DNA from: the human T2T-CHM13v2.0 reference genome, Homo sapiens
Direction: 5' to 3' (one strand)
Assembly (NCBI RefSeq): GCF_009914755.1
Contig: NC_060928.1
Length of the DNA: 64,000 nucleotides
Positions 23,480 to 36,412 of this stretch are shown one piece after another. The translations under genes and the position numbers were made by a program. How positions within the stretch are numbered: the stretch's first letter is position 1; each line of letters begins with the position of its first letter. Under the pieces are notes generated by a model, which did no database searches, had not been told where the DNA came from, and saw only the letters and a list, made by a program, of their open reading frames with translations.

Positions 23480-26400
23480 CATTCTCAGAAACATCTCTGT
23501 GATGTTTGCATTCCACTCATAGAGTTGAAAACTTCCTTTCATAGAGCAGGTTTGAAACACTCTTTTTGTAATATTTGGAAGTGGACATTTGCAGCGCTTT
23601 GAGGCCTATGGTGAAAAAGGAAATATCTTCTCATAAAAACCAGAAACAAGCATTCTCAGAAACTGCTTTTTGATGTGTGTACTCAAGTAACAGAGTTGAA
23701 CCTTCCTTTTGACACAGCAGTTTTGAAACAATCTTTTTGTAGAATCTGCAAGTGGATATTTGGATAGCTTTGAGGATTTCGTTGGAAACGGGATATCTTC
23801 ATATAAAATCTAGACAGAAGCATTCTCAGAAACTTCTTTGTGCTGTATGTCCTCAATTAACAGAGTTGAACCATTGCTTGGATACAGCATTTTGGAAACA
23901 TTCCTGGAGTAGAATCTGCAAGTTGATATTTAGATAGATTTGAAGATTTCGTTGGAAAAGGGAATATCTCCATATAAAATCTAGAGGGAAGCATTCTCAG
24001 AAACTGCTTTGTGATGTTTCCATTCAAGTCACAGAGTTGAATATTCCCTTTTATAGAGCACGTTTGAAACACTCTTTCTGCACTATCTGGAAGTGGACAT
24101 TTCGAGCACTTTGAGGCCTATGGTGAAAAAGGAAATATCTTCCCATAAAAACTAGACAGAAGCATTCTCAGAAACTTGTTTGTGATGTGTGTATTCAACT
24201 AACAGAGTTGAACTTTTGTTTTTACAGAGCCGTTTTAAAACACTCTTTTTGTGGAATCAGAAAGTGGATATTCGGATGGCTCTGAGGATTTCGTTGGAAG
24301 CGGGATTACATATAAAATCTAGAGAGAAGCATTCTCAGGAACTTCTTTGTGATGTTTGCATTGAAGTCACAGAATTGAACATTCACTTTGATAGAGCAGG
24401 TTTGAAACACTCATTCTGTAGTATCTGGAAGTGGACATTTCAAGTGCTTTCAGGCCTATGGTGAGAAAGGAAATATCTTCGAATAAAAACTAGACAGAAG
24501 CATCCTCAGAAACTTATTTGTGATGTGTGTCCTCAACTAACAGAGTTGAACCTTGGTTTTGATACAGCATTTTGGAAACACTCCTTTTGTAGAATCTGCA
24601 GGTGGATATGTGGATAGCTCTGAAGATTTCGTTGGAAACGGGAATTTCTTCATATAAAATCAAACAGAAGCATTCTCAGAAACTTCTCAGTGATGTTTGC
24701 ATTCAGCTCATGGAGTTGAACACTTCCTTTCATAGAGCCGGTTTGAAACACTCTTTCTGCACTACCTGGAAGAGGACATTTCGAGCGCTTTGAGTCCTAT
24801 GGTGAAAAAGGAAATATCTTCTCATAAAAACCAGAAAGAAGCATTCTCAGAAACTTCTTTGTGTTGTGTGTACTCATGTAACAGTGTTGAACCATCCTTT
24901 TGACAGAGCAGTTTTGAAACACTCTTTTTGTAGAATCTGCAAGTGGATATTTGGATAGCTTTGAGGATTTCGTTGGAAACGGGATGACATATAATATCTA
25001 GAGAGAAGCATTCTCAGGAACTTCTTTGTGATGTTTGCATTCAAGTCACAGAATTGAACATTCCCTTTCATAGAGCAGGTTTGAAACACTCTTTCTCTAG
25101 TATCTGGAAGTGGGCATTTCAAGCGCTTTCAGGCCTATGGAGAGAAAGGAAATACCTTCAAATAAAAACTAGACAGAAGCATTCTCAGAAACTTATTTGT
25201 GATGTGTGTCCTCAACTAACAGAGTTGAACCTTTGTTTTGATACAGCATTTTGGAAACACTCCTTTTGTAGAATCTGCAGGTGGATATTTGGATACCTTT
25301 GAAGATTTCGTTGGAAACCGGAATATCTTCATATAAAATCAAGACAGAAGCATTCTCGGAAACATCTCTGTGATGTTTGCATTCAACTCAGTAGAGTTGA
25401 ACACTTCCTTTCATAGAGCCGGTTTGAAACACTCTTTCTGCACTACCTGGAAGCGGACATTTCGAGCGCTTTGAGGCCTATGGTGAAAAAGGAAATAGCT
25501 TCTCATAAAAACCAGAAAGAAGCATTCTCAGAAACTTCTTTGTGTTGTGTGTACTCAAGTAACAGTGTTGAACCTTCCTTTTGACACAGCAGTTTTGAAA
25601 CACTCTTTTGGTAGAATCTGCAAGTGGATATTTGGATAGCTTTGAGGATTTCGTTGGAAACGGGTTATCTTCATATAAAATCCAGACAGGAGCATTCTCA
25701 GAAACTTCTTTGTGCTGCATGTCCTCAATTCACAGAGCTGAACCTTTGTTTGGATACAGCATTTTGGAAACATTCCTTTAGTAGAATCTGCAAGTTGATA
25801 TTTAGATAGCTTTGAAGATTTCGTTGGAAACGGGAATATCTTCATAGAAAATCTAGACGGAAGCATTCTCAGAAACTGCTTTGTGATGTTTGCATTCAAG
25901 TCACAGAGTTGAATATTCCCTTTTATAGAGTAGGTTTGAAACACTCTTTTGGCACTACCTGGAAGTGGATATTTCGAGCTCTTTGAGGCCTATGGTTAAA
26001 AGGAAATATCTTCCCATAAAAACTAGACAGAAGCCGTCTCAGAAACTTGTTTGTGATGTGTGTATTCAACTAACAGAGTTGAACATTTCTGTTACAGAGC
26101 AATTTTAAAACACTCTTTTTGTGGAATCTGAAAGTGGATAATTGGATAGCTTTGTGGATTTCGTTGGAAACGGGATGACGTATAAAATCTAGAGAGAAGC
26201 ATTCTCAGGAACTTCTTTCTGATGTTTGCATTCAAGTCACAGAATTGAACATTCCTTTTCATAGTGCAGGTTTGAAACACTCTTTCTGTAGTATCTGGAA
26301 GTGGACATTTCAAGCGCTTTCAGGCCTACGGGGAGAAAGGAAATATCTTCAAATAAAAACTAGACAGAAGGATTCTCAGAAACTTATTTGTGATGTGTGT

Positions 26401-26541
26401 CCTAAACGAACACAGTTGAACCTTTGTTTTGATACAGCATTTTGGAAACACTCCTTTTGTAGGATCTGCAGGTGGATATTTGGATAGATTTTAAGATTTC
26501 GTTGGAAACGGGAGTTTCTTCATAGAAACTCAAGACAGATG
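23480..26541 (+). repeat. 18-mer HOR variant (3062 bp), M7/M8 hybrid at 24501-24670
   Basis: Monomer starts CATCCTCAG (M7) and continues GAACCTTGGTTTTG...GGATATGTGG (M8). Confidence 0.93.
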
Positions 26542-29500
26542 CATTCTCAGAAACATCTCTGTGATGTTTGCATTCCACTCATAGAGTTGAAAACTTCCTT
26601 TCATAGAGCAGGTTTGAAACACTCTTTTTGTAATATTTGGAAGTGGACATTTGCAGCGCTTTGAGGCCTATGGTGAAAAAGGAAATATCTTCTCATAAAA
26701 ACCAGAAACAAGCATTCTCAGAAACTGCTTTTTGATGTGTGTACTCAAGTAACAGAGTTGAACCTTCCTTTTGACACAGCAGTTTTGAAACAATCTTTTT
26801 GTAGAATCTGCAAGTGGATATTTGGATAGCTTTGAGGATTTCGTTGGAAACGGGATATCTTCATATAAAATCTAGACAGAAGCATTCTCAGAAACTTCTT
26901 TGTGCTGTATGTCCTCAATTAACAGAGTTGAACCATTGCTTGGATACAGCATTTTGGAAACATTCCTGGAGTAGAATCTGCAAGTTGATATTTAGATAGA
27001 TTTGAAGATTTCGTTGGAAAAGGGAATATCTCCATATAAAATCTAGAGGGAAGCATTCTCAGAAACTGCTTTGTGATGTTTCCATTCAAGTCACAGAGTT
27101 GAATATTCCCTTTTATAGAGCACGTTTGAAACACTCTTTCTGCACTATCTGGAAGTGGACATTTCGAGCGCTTTGAGGCCTATGGTGAAAAAGGAAATAT
27201 CTTCCCATAAAAACTAGACAGAAGCATTCTCAGAAACTTGTTTGTGATGTGTGTATTCAACTAACAGAGTTGAACTTTTGTTTTTACAGAGCCGTTTTAA
27301 AACACTCTTTTTGTGGAATCAGAAAGTGGATATTCGGATGGCTCTGAGGATTTCGTTGGAAGCGGGATTACATATAAAATCTAGAGAGAAGCATTCTCAG
27401 GAACTTCTTTGTGATGTTTGCATTGAAGTCACAGAATTGAACATTCACTTTGATAGAGCAGGTTTGAAACACTCATTCTGTAGTATCTGGAAGTGGACAT
27501 TTCAAGCGCTTTCAGGCCTATGGTGAGAAAGGAAATATCTTCGAATAAAAACTAGACAGAAGCATCCTCAGAAACTTATTTGTGATGTGTGTCCTCAACT
27601 AACAGAGTTGAAACTTTGTTTTGATACAGCATTTTGGAAACACTTTTTTTGTAGAATCTGCAGGTGGATATTTGGATAGCTTAGAGGGATTCGTTGGAAA
27701 GGGGATATCTTCATATAAAATCTAGACAGAAGCATTCTCAGAAACTTATTTGTGATGTGTGTCCTCAACTAACAGAGTTGAACCTTGGTTTTGATACAGC
27801 ATTTTGGAAACACTCCTTTTGTAGAATCTGCAGGTGGATATGTGGATAGCTCTGAAGATTTCGTTGGAAACGGGAATTTCTTCATATAAAATCAAACAGA
27901 AGCATTCTCAGAAACTTCTCAGTGATGTTTGCATTCAGCTCATGGAGTTGAACACTTCCTTTCATAGAGCCGGTTTGAAACACTCTTTCTGCACTACCTG
28001 GAAGAGGACATTTCGAGCACTTTGAGTCCTATGGTGAAAAAGGAAATATCTTCTCATAAAAACCAGAAAGAAGCATTCTCAGAAACTTCTTTGTGTTGTG
28101 TGTACTCATGTAACAGTGTTGAACCATCCTTTTGACAGAGCAGTTTTGAAACACTCTTTTTGTAGAATCTGCAAGTGGATATTTGGATAGCTTTGAGGAT
28201 TTCGTTGGAAACGGGATGACATATAATATCTAGAGAGAAGCATTCTCAGGAACTTCTTTGTGATGTTTGCATTCAAGTCACAGAATTGAACATTCCCTTT
28301 CATAGAGCAGGTTTGAAACACTCTTTCTCTAGTATCTGGAAGTGGGCATTTCAAGCGCTTTCAGGCCTATGGAGAGAAAGGAAATACCTTCAAATAAAAA
28401 CTAGACAGAAGCATTCTCAGAAACTTATTTGTGATGTGTGTCCTCAACTAACAGAGTTGAACCTTTGTTTTGATACAGCATTTTGGAAACACTCCTTTTG
28501 TAGAATCTGCAGGTGGATATTTGGATACCTTTGAAGATTTCGTTGGAAACCGGAATATCTTAATATAAAATCAAGACAGAAGCATTCTCGGAAACATCTC
28601 TGTGATGTTTGCATTCAACTCAGTAGAGTTGAACACTTCCTTTCATAGAGCCGGTTTGAAACACTCTTTCTGCACTACCTGGAAGCGGACATTTCGAGCG
28701 CTTTGAGGCCTATGGTGAAAAAGGAAATATCTTCTCATAAAAACCAGAAAGAAGCATTCTCAGAAACTTCTTTGTGTTGTGTGTACTCAAGTAACAGTGT
28801 TGAACCTTCCTTTTGACACAGCAGTTTTGAAACACTCTTTTGGTAGAATCTGCAAGTGGATATTTGGATAGCTTTGAGGATTTCGTTGGAAACGGGTTAT
28901 CTTCATATAAAATCCAGACAGGAGCATTCTCAGAAACTTCTTTGTGCTGCATATCCTCAATTCACAGAGCTGAACCTTTGTTTGGATACAGCATTTTGGA
29001 AACATTCCTTTAGTAGAATCTGCAAGTTGATATTTAGATAGCTTTGAAGATTTCGTTGGAAACGGGAATATCTTCATAGAAAATCTAGACGGAAGCATTC
29101 TCAGAAACTGCTTTGTGATGTTTGCATTCAAGTCACAGAGTTGAATATTCCCTTTTATAGAGTAGGTTTGAAACACTCTTTTGGCACTACCTGGAAGTGG
29201 ATATTTCGAGCTCTTTGAGGCCTATGGTTAAAAGGAAATATCTTCCCATAAAAACTAGACAGAAGCCATCTCAGAAACTTGTTTGTGATGTGTGTATTCA
29301 ACTAACAGAGTTGAACATTTCTGTTACAGAGCAATTTTAAAACACTCTTTTTGTGGAATCTGAAAGTGGATAATTGGATAGCTTTGTGGATTTCGTTGGA
29401 AACGGGATGACGTATAAAATCTAGAGAGAAGCATTCTCAGGAACTTCTTTCTGATGTTTGCATTCAAGTCACAGAATTGAACATTCCTTTTCATAGTGCA

Positions 29501-32500
29501 GGTTTGAAACACTCTTTCTGTAGTATCTGGAAGTGGACATTTCAAGCGCTTTCAGGCCTACGGGGAGAAAGGAAATATCTTCAAATAAAAACTAGACAGA
29601 AGGATTCTCAGAAACTTATTTGTGATGTGTGTCCTAAACGAACACAGTTGAACCTTTGTTTTGATACAGCATTTTGGAAACACTCCTTTTGTAGGATCTG
29701 CAGGTGGATATTTGGATAGATTTTAAGATTTCGTTGGAAACGGGAGTTTCTTCATAGAAACTCAAGACAGATGCATTCTCAGAAACATCTCTGTGATGTT
29801 TGCATTCCACTCATAGAGTTGAAAACTTCCTTTCATAGAGCAGGTTTGAAACACTCTTTTTGTAATATTTGGAAGTGGACATTTGCAGCGCTTTGAGGCC
29901 TATGGTGAAAAAGGAAATATCTTCTCATAAAAACCAGAAACAAGCATTCTCAGAAACTGCTTTTTGATGTGTGTACTCAAGTAACAGAGTTGAACCTTCC
30001 TTTTGACACAGCAGTTTTGAAACAATCTTTTTGTAGAATCTGCAAGTGGATATTTGGATAGCTTTGAGGATTTCGTTGGAAACGGGATATCTTCATATAA
30101 AATCTAGACAGAAGCATTCTCAGAAACTTCTTTGTGCTGTATGTCCTCAATTAACAGAGTTGAACCATTGCTTGGATACAGCATTTTGGAAACATTCCTG
30201 GAGTAGAATCTGCAAGTTGATATTTAGATAGATTTGAAGATTTCGTTGGAAAAGGGAATATCTCCATATAAAATCTAGAGGGAAGCATTCTCAGAAACTG
30301 CTTTGTGATGTTTCCATTCAAGTCACAGAGTTGAATATTCCCTTTTATAGAGCACGTTTGAAACACTCTTTCTGCACTATCTGGAAGTGGACATTTCGAG
30401 CACTTTGAGGCCTATGGTGAAAAAGGAAATATCTTCCCATAAAAACTAGACAGAAGCATTCTCAGAAACTTGTTTGTGATGTGTGTATTCAACTAACAGA
30501 GTTGAACTTTTGTTTTTACAGAGCCGTTTTAAAACACTCTTTTTGTGGAATCAGAAAGTGGATATTCGGATGGCTCTGAGGATTTCGTTGGAAGCGGGAT
30601 TACATATAAAATCTAGAGAGAAGCATTCTCAGGAACTTCTTTGTGATGTTTGCATTGAAGTCACAGAATTGAACATTCACTTTGATAGAGCAGGTTTGAA
30701 ACACTCATTCTGTAGTATCTGGAAGTGGACATTTCAAGCGCTTTCAGGCCTATGGTGAGAAAGGAAATATCTTCGAATAAAAACTAGACAGAAGCATCCT
30801 CAGAAACTTATTTGTGATGTGTGTCCTCAACTAACAGAGTTGAAACTTTGTTTTGATACAGCATTTTGGAAACACTTTTTTTGTAGAATCTGCAGGTGGA
30901 TATTTGGATAGCTTAGAGGGATTCGTTGGAAAGGGGATATCTTCATATAAAATCTAGACAGAAGCATTCTCAGAAACTTATTTGTGATGTGTGTCCTCAA
31001 CTAACAGAGTTGAACCTTGGTTTTGATACAGCATTTTGGAAACACTCCTTTTGTAGAATCTGCAGGTGGATATGTGGATAGCTCTGAAGATTTCGTTGGA
31101 AACGGGAATTTCTTCATATAAAATCAAACAGAAGCATTCTCAGAAACTTCTCAGTGATGTTTGCATTCAGCTCATGGAGTTGAACACTTCCTTTCATAGA
31201 GCCGGTTTGAAACACTCTTTCTGCACTACCTGGAAGAGGACATTTCGAGCGCTTTGAGTCCTATGGTGAAAAAGGAAATATCTTCTCATAAAAACCAGAA
31301 AGAAGCATTCTCAGAAACTTCTTTGTGTTGTGTGTACTCATGTAACAGTGTTGAACCATCCTTTTGACAGAGCAGTTTTGAAACACTCTTTTTGTAGAAT
31401 CTGCAAGTGGATATTTGGATAGCTTTGAGGATTTCGTTGGAAACGGGATGACATATAATATCTAGAGAGAAGCATTCTCAGGAACTTCTTTGTGATGTTT
31501 GCATTCAAGTCACAGAATTGAACATTCCCTTTCATAGAGCAGGTTTGAAACACTCTTTCTCTAGTATCTGGAAGTGGGCATTTCAAGCGCTTTCAGGCCT
31601 ATGGAGAGAAAGGAAATACCTTCAAATAAAAACTAGACAGAAGCATTCTCAGAAACTTATTTGTGATGTGTGTCCTCAACTAACAGAGTTGAACCTTTGT
31701 TTTGATACAGCATTTTGGAAACACTCCTTTTGTAGAATCTGCAGGTGGATATTTGGATACCTTTGAAGATTTCGTTGGAAACCGGAATATCTTCATATAA
31801 AATCAAGACAGAAGCATTCTCGGAAACATCTCTGTGATGTTTGCATTCAACTCAGTAGAGTTGAACACTTCCTTTCATAGAGCCGGTTTGAAACACTCTT
31901 TCTGCACTACCTGGAAGCGGACATTTCGAGCGCTTTGAGGCCTATGGTGAAAAACGAAATAGCTTCTCATAAAAACCAGAAAGAAGCATTCTCAGAAACT
32001 TCTTTGTGTTGTGTGTACTCAAGTAACAGTGTTGAACCTTCCTTTTGACACAGCAGTTTTGAAACACTCTTTTGGTAGAATCTGCAAGTGGATATTTGGA
32101 TAGCTTTGAGGATTTCGTTGGAAACGGGTTATCTTCATATAAAATCCAGACAGGAGCATTCTCAGAAACTTCTTTGTGCTGCATGTCCTCAATTCACAGA
32201 GCTGAACCTTTGTTTGGATACAGCATTTTGGAAACATTCCTTTAGTAGAATCTGCAAGTTGATATTTAGATAGCTTTGAAGATTTCGTTGGAAACGGGAA
32301 TATCTTCATAGAAAATCTAGACGGAAGCATTCTCAGAAACTGCTTTGTGATGTTTGCATTCAAGTCACAGAGTTGAATATTCCCTTTTATAGAGTAGGTT
32401 TGAAACACTCTTTTGGCACTACCTGGAAGTGGATATTTCGAGCTCTTTGAGGCCTATGGTTAAAAGGAAATATCTTCCCATAAAAACTAGACAGAAGCCG

Positions 32501-33005
32501 TCTCAGAAACTTGTTTGTGATGTGTGTATTCAACTAACAGAGTTGAACATTTCTGTTACAGAGCAATTTTAAAACACTCTTTTTGTGGAATCTGAAAGTG
32601 GATAATTGGATAGCTTTGTGGATTTCGTTGGAAACGGGATGACGTATAAAATCTAGAGAGAAGCATTCTCAGGAACTTCTTTCTGATGTTTGCATTCAAG
32701 TCACAGAATTGAACATTCCTTTTCATAGTGCAGGTTTGAAACACTCTTTCTGTAGTATCTGGAAGTGGACATTTCAAGCGCTTTCAGGCCTACGGGGAGA
32801 AAGGAAATATCTTCAAATAAAAACTAGACAGAAGGATTCTCAGAAACTTATTTGTGATGTGTGTCCTAAACGAACACAGTTGAACCTTTGTTTTGATACA
32901 GCATTTTGGAAACACTCCTTTTGTAGGATCTGCAGGTGGATATTTGGATAGATTTTAAGATTTCGTTGGAAACGGGAGTTTCTTCATAGAAACTCAAGAC
33001 AGATG
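26542..33005 (+). repeat. Two canonical 19-mer HORs (26542-29773, 29774-33005)
   Basis: 3232-bp spacing of all marker ORFs. Confidence 0.95.
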
Positions 33006-36000
33006 CATTCTCAGAAACATCTCTGTGATGTTTGCATTCCACTCATAGAGTTGAAAACTTCCTTTCATAGAGCAGGTTTGAAACACTCTTTTTGTAATAT
33101 TTGGAAGTGGACATTTGCAGCGCTTTGAGGCCTATGGTGAAAAAGGAAATATCTTCTCATAAAAACCAGAAACAAGCATTCTCAGAAACTGCTTTTTGAT
33201 GTGTGTACTCAAGTAACAGAGTTGAACCTTCCTTTTGACACAGCAGTTTTGAAACAATCTTTTTGTAGAATCTGCAAGTGGATATTTGGATAGCTTTGAG
33301 GATTTCGTTGGAAACGGGATATCTTCATATAAAATCTAGACAGAAGCATTCTCAGAAACTTCTTTGTGCTGTATGTCCTCAATTAACAGAGTTGAACCAT
33401 TGCTTGGATACAGCATTTTGGAAACATTCCTGGAGTAGAATCTGCAAGTTGATATTTAGATAGATTTGAAGATTTCGTTGGAAAAGGGAATATCTCCATA
33501 TAAAATCTAGAGGGAAGCATTCTCAGAAACTGCTTTGTGATGTTTCCATTCAAGTCACAGAGTTGAATATTCCCTTTTATAGAGCACGTTTGAAACACTC
33601 TTTCTGCACTATCTGGAAGTGGACATTTCGAGCGCTTTGAGGCCTATGGTGAAAAAGGAAATATCTTCCCATAAAAACTAGACAGAAGCATTCTCAGAAA
33701 CTTGTTTGTGATGTGTGTATTCAACTAACAGAGTTGAACTTTTGTTTTTACAGAGCCGTTTTAAAACACTCTTTTTGTGGAATCAGAAAGTGGATATTCG
33801 GATGGCTCTGAGGATTTCGTTGGAAGCGGGATTACATATAAAATCTAGAGAGAAGCATTCTCAGGAACTTCTTTGTGATGTTTGCATTGAAGTCACAGAA
33901 TTGAACATTTGTTCACTTTGATAGAGCAGGTTTGAAACACTCATTCTGTAGTATCTGGAAGTGGACATTTCAAGCGCTTTCAGGCCTATGGTGAGAAAGG
34001 AAATATCTTCGAATAAAAACTAGACAGAAGCATCCTCAGAAACTTATTTGTGATGTGTGTCCTCAACTAACAGAGTTGAAACTTTGTTTTGATACAGCAT
34101 TTTGGAAACACTCTTTTTGTAGAATCTGCAGGTGGATATTTGGATAGCTTAGAGGGATTCGTTGGAAAGGGGATATCTTCATATAAAATCTAGACAGAAG
34201 CATTCTCAGAAACTTATTTGTGATGTGTGTCCTCAACTAACAGAGTTGAACCTTGGTTTTGATACAGCATTTTGGAAACACTCCTTTTGTAGAATCTGCA
34301 GGTGGATATGTGGATAGCTCTGAAGATTTCGTTGGAAACGGGAATTTCTTCATATAAAATCAAACAGAAGCATTCTCAGAAACTTCTCAGTGATGTTTGC
34401 ATTCAGCTCATGGAGTTGAACACTTCCTTTCATAGAGCCGGTTTGAAACACTCTTTCTGCACTACCTGGAAGAGGACATTTCGAGCGCTTTGAGTCCTAT
34501 GGTGAAAAAGGAAATATCTTCTCATAAAAACCAGAAAGAAGCATTCTCAGAAACTTCTTTGTGTTGTGTGTACTCATGTAACAGTGTTGAACCATCCTTT
34601 TGACAGAGCAGTTTTGAAACACTCTTTTTGTAGAATCTGCAAGTGGATATTTGGATAGCTTTGAGGATTTCGTTGGAAACGGGATGACATATAATATCTA
34701 GAGAGAAGCATTCTCAGGAACTTCTTTGTGATGTTTGCATTCAAGTCACAGAATTGAACATTCCCTTTCATAGAGCAGGTTTGAAACACTCTTTCTCTAG
34801 TATCTGGAAGTGGGCATTTCAAGCGCTTTCAGGCCTATGGAGAGAAAGGAAATACCTTCAAATAAAAACTAGACAGAAGCATTCTCAGAAACTTATTTGT
34901 GATGTGTGTCCTCAACTAACAGAGTTGAACCTTTGTTTTGATACAGCATTTTGGAAACACTCCTTTTGTAGAATCTGCAGGTGGATATTTGGATAGCTTT
35001 GAAGATTTCGTTGGAAACCGGAATATCTTCATATAAAATCAAGACAGAAGCATTCTCGGAAACATCTCTGTGATGTTTGCATTCAACTCAGTAGAGTTGA
35101 ACACTTCCTTTCATAGAGCAGGTTTGAAACACTCTTTCTGCACTACCTGGAAGCGGACATTTCGAGCGCTTTGAGGCCTATGGTGAAAAAGGAAATATCT
35201 TCTCATAAAAACCAGAAAGAAGCATTCTCAGAAACTTCTTTGTGTTGTGTGTACTCAAGTAACAGTGTTGAACCTTCCTTTTGACACAGCAGTTTTGAAA
35301 CACTCTTTTGGTAGAATCTGCAAGTGGATATTTGGATAGCTTTGAGGATTTCGTTGGAAACGGGTTATCTTCATATAAAATCCAGACAGGAGCATTCTCA
35401 GAAACTTCTTTGTGCTGTATGTCCTCAATTCACAGAGCTGAACCTTTGTTTGGATACAGCATTTTGGAGACATTCCTTTAGTAGAATCTGCAAGTTGATA
35501 TTTAGATAGCTTTGAAGATTTCGTTGGAAACGGGAATATCTTCATAGAAAATCTAGACGGAAGCATTCTCAGAAACTGCTTTGTGATGTTTGCATTCAAG
35601 TCACAGAGTTGAATATTCCCTTTTATAGAGTAGGTTTGAAACACTCTTTCGGCACTACCTGGAAGTGGATATTTCGAGCTCTTTGAGGCCTATGGTTAAA
35701 AGGAAATATCTTCCCATAAAAACTAGACAGAAGCCGTCTCAGAAACTTGTTTGTGATGTGTGTATTCAACTAACAGAGTTGAACATTTCTGTTACAGAGC
35801 AATTTTAAAACACTCTTTTTGTGGAATCTGAAAGTGGATAATTGGATAGCTTTGTGGATTTCGTTGGAAACGGGATGACGTATAAAATCTAGAGAGAAGC
35901 ATTCTCAGGAACTTCTTTCTGATGTTTGCATTCAAGTCACAGAATTGAACATTCCTTTTCATAGTGCAGGTTTGAAACACTCTTTCTGTAGTATCTGGAA

Positions 36001-36241
36001 GTGGACATTTCAAGCGCTTTCAGGCCTACGGGGAGAAAGGAAATATCTTCAAATAAAAACTAGACAGAAGCATTCTCAGAAACTTATTTGTGATGTGTGT
36101 CCTAAACGAACACAGTTGAACCTTTGTTTTGATACAGCATTTTGGAAACACTCCTTTTGTAGGATCTGCAGGTGGATATTTGGATAGATTTTAAGATTTC
36201 GTTGGAAACGGGAATTTCTTCATAGAAACTCAAGACAGATG
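33006..36241 (+). repeat. 19-mer HOR with a 4-bp insertion in M6 (3236 bp)
   Basis: TTGAACATTTGTTCACTT at 33901 versus TTGAACATTCACTT in other copies. The marker ORF at 33715 is truncated. Confidence 0.93.
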
Positions 36242-36412
36242 CATTCTCCGAAACTTCTCTGTGATGTTTGCATTCCACTCATAGAGTTGAAAACTTCCTT
36301 TCATAGAGCAGGTTTGAAACACTCTTTTTGTAATATTTGGAAGTGGACATTTGCAGCGCTTTGAGGCCTATGGTGAAAAAGGAAATATCTTCTCATAAAA
36401 ACCAGAAAAAAG

